A program made the position numbers and the translations under genes. Shown here piece by piece: positions 35,697 through 37,098 of a stretch of 37,098 bases of DNA. This DNA is from Thermoanaerobaculia bacterium (lineage in GTDB: Bacteria > Acidobacteriota > Thermoanaerobaculia > Multivoradales > UBA5704). The stretch covers positions 1-37,098 of the forward strand of contig DASPJI010000874.1 of assembly GCA_035628695.1 (NCBI GenBank), in the 5' to 3' direction. The notes under the pieces are model-generated. The model saw only the letters and a program-made list of their open reading frames with translations, ran no database searches and was not told the origin of the DNA. Within the stretch, counting starts at the first letter, position 1. Each line of letters begins with the position of its first letter.

Positions 35697-35918
35697 TCCA
35701 GACGCTTCGGATCGCGTCCGAATGCTTCGGACGCGATCCGAAGCGGCCGGGAAGCGATCCGGGTCTCTCGGACGGCATCCAGACGGCCTGGACGAGATCC
35801 GAAGCGCTCGGGAAGAATCCAGGCCTTCCGGATCACGTCCAAACGCTCTGGACGCGATCCGCAGCGTTCGGATGCCGTCCACGGCGCCCGGACGCGCTCC
35901 GGCGGGCTCGGGAGCCGG
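35697..35918. repeat. About 11 tandem copies of a 20-bp (one 21-bp) unit, consensus TCCGAAGCGCTCGGACGCGA
   Basis: Units start at 35697, 35717, 35737, 35758, 35778, 35798, 35818, 35838, 35858, 35878 and 35898. TCCRA and TCGGA-like pentamers alternate about every 10 bp. Confidence 0.85.
35703..35745 (+). terminator. Perfect 20-bp-stem hairpin (3-nt loop) 16 nt after the M50 stop; candidate terminator
   Basis: CGCTTCGGATCGCGTCCGAA-TGC-TTCGGACGCGATCCGAAGCG, verified base by base. No U tract. Confidence 0.4.
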
Positions 35919-36052
35919 CCCCGGCTGCCGAATCGGCTCGGCGCCGGCTGGATCGAGGATCTTGACGCAGTTGCTCAAAGCACCCAAGATAGGCGGCGCC
36001 ACTTGCTCCACAGGTCCACCCTGATACCCGGGTACCACCGGAAGGAGGCCTC

Positions 36053-36898
36053 ATGCCGGGAGACCGTCGTCGCCTGTCCACGCTCCGCTCCGCCGTCGCG
36101 CTGCCGCTGCTCTCCGCCCTGCTGCTCGCCGCCTCGGGTTGTGCCACCACCCGCCAGCCCCGCAGCCTGGAGGAGCTCTGGAAGGAGTACGAGCAGGCGG
36201 TGGAGGCCGCCAAGTACCCGGCGCCCGGCCGCGTCTCGCGCAGCCTGATCGCCATCACGACGTTCACGCCGGGACTGGTATGGGACGAGAGCGGGCAGAA
36301 GGTCCTCATGGCGACGTGGACCAAGGCGAAGTACTACACGGGACAGCCGCCCTACGAGACGACGGTCCCGGCGCCGGTGTGGCTGACCGCCGTGCCGTTC
36401 CTCCAAGGGTTCTGCCAGCGGAGCGGGCTGCAGGGCGAGTCCCTCCGGGTCCGGCTGGCCGAGCGGCTCGGGATGCCTCCTGACAGCGCCAACGACGTCT
36501 TCGTGCAGATGTGGGTCGACCCGCAGGACTTCTTCCGTCCCTGCCCGGACCCGGAGGTCAACGACAGCCAGTGCCAGGTGAACCTCACCACCGGTCCGGT
36601 GGACCGGTCGGCCGACTGTCCCTGGAGCGCCGCCCTGGCCGGCCAGGTCTCCGGCAACTTCGTGTCCGTGACCCAGAGCCAGATCGAGTGGATGTGCAGG
36701 AACTGGGAGAAATCCTACCCGGCCGGCGAGCCGCGCAAGAGCTATCCATGGACGGCCCTCGGCTACACCTACGACTGGGGGGCGAAGAGCTTCTACGGCG
36801 AGAGCGAGTTCGTCCTCCCGCCCGACTCCACGGTCACCGTCCAGTCCATCACTCCGATGGACGCGTACTGCGCCCGCGCCGGCTCGCGCGCGCGCTGA
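36053..36898 (+). CDS. Lipoprotein of unknown function
   Basis: GGAAGGAGG 5 nt upstream of the ATG. Signal peptide with lipobox LAASGC. 281 aa containing several Cys. Confidence 0.7.
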   Translation: MPGDRRRLSTLRSAVALPLLSALLLAASGCATTRQPRSLEELWKEYEQAVEAAKYPAPGRVSRSLIAITTFTPGLVWDESGQKVLMATWTKAKYYTGQPPYETTVPAPVWLTAVPFLQGFCQRSGLQGESLRVRLAERLGMPPDSANDVFVQMWVDPQDFFRPCPDPEVNDSQCQVNLTTGPVDRSADCPWSAALAGQVSGNFVSVTQSQIEWMCRNWEKSYPAGEPRKSYPWTALGYTYDWGAKSFYGESEFVLPPDSTVTVQSITPMDAYCARAGSRAR

Positions 36899-36928
36899 GC
36901 GGCACGCGCCTCGCATAACGTCCTGGTC

Positions 36929-36955
36929 CCACCCCTCGGCCCCTCCGAGGGGTGG
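36929..36955 (+). terminator. Hairpin CCACCCCTCGG-CCCCT-CCGAGGGGTGG after the lipoprotein gene
   Basis: 11-bp perfect stem with a 5-nt loop, about 30 nt after the stop. Confidence 0.4.
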
Positions 36956-37025
36956 TGCTAGGATGCCGCCCTCCCGCTCCGCCGGAGCGGTTTCCCACCT
37001 TCTACGACCAAAGACGGATATCGCT

Positions 37026-37098
37026 GTGCAACCTGGAAGAGAACGACAGCTCGTGACCGCCTCGGTGATGCTGGGCATGTTCCTGGCCGCGCTCGACC
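37026..37098 (+). CDS. Start of a probable MFS (DHA2/EmrB-like) transporter, truncated by the window end
   Basis: My translation is VQPGRERQLVTASVMLGMFLAALD... The MLGxFxAxLD pattern is typical of TM1 in DHA2 MFS exporters. Start codon is uncertain (GTG 37026 or 37053). Confidence 0.35.
   Translation, partial: MQPGRERQLVTASVMLGMFLAALD

Noticed and set aside
27483-37078. Long shadow ORFs 27494-29860(+), 27483-28328(-), 31102-34248(+), 32813-34264(-), 34530-36038(-), 35975-37078(-)
   Set aside because: They overlap well-supported genes (rplY, prs, spoVG, TPR, MshEN protein, M50, lipoprotein) in other frames or strands. They cross the tRNA and the tandem repeats and are Arg/Pro/Gly-rich.

Overview
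High-GC (about 70% by eye) bacterial chromosomal window with diderm-type gene content: lpxB, msbA and lipobox lipoproteins. I support about 40 genes. Positions 1-21.5 kb are an almost unbroken minus-strand run of housekeeping genes: P-loop NTPase fragment, ECF sigma, family-4 UDG, coaBC, rpoZ, gmk, yicC, DUF374-msbA-lpxB, two small membrane proteins, HIT, IHF/HU, rpsA, queG, uvrC, uvrB. Positions 21.6-37.1 kb carry PBP1A, a SAM methyltransferase, rpsF-rpsR-rplI, pth-rplY-prs-tRNA-Gln-spoVG, a lipoprotein plus TPR protein, an MshEN-domain (c-di-GMP receptor type) protein, HU/IHF, an M50 protease, another lipoprotein and the first codons of an MFS-like transporter. The one clearly accessory stretch is about 13.35-17.0 kb, between queG and uvrC. 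It holds the only plus-strand genes in the first 21 kb: an overlapping ABC-type ATPase plus HNH nuclease pair that looks like Septu (PtuA/PtuB). Directly after it comes a tandem array of six 42-bp hairpin units. Converging on the array are an orphan 114-aa ORF and a strongly translated, signal-peptide-bearing peptide with 12 Cys in about 50 mature residues. No integrase, transposase, reverse transcriptase or CRISPR/cas is present. The window is also rich in structured intergenic repeats. There is a 67-bp direct repeat (64/67 identical, G-quadruplex motif) flanking queG. Five CACGGAC heptamers sit at exact 10-bp phasing upstream of a near-consensus rpsA promoter. A perfect 20-bp inverted repeat pair lies upstream of uvrB. 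About 11 copies of a 20-bp unit follow the M50 protease gene and begin with a perfect 20-bp-stem hairpin. All functional calls rest on motifs I recognise in the translations; no database search was possible.
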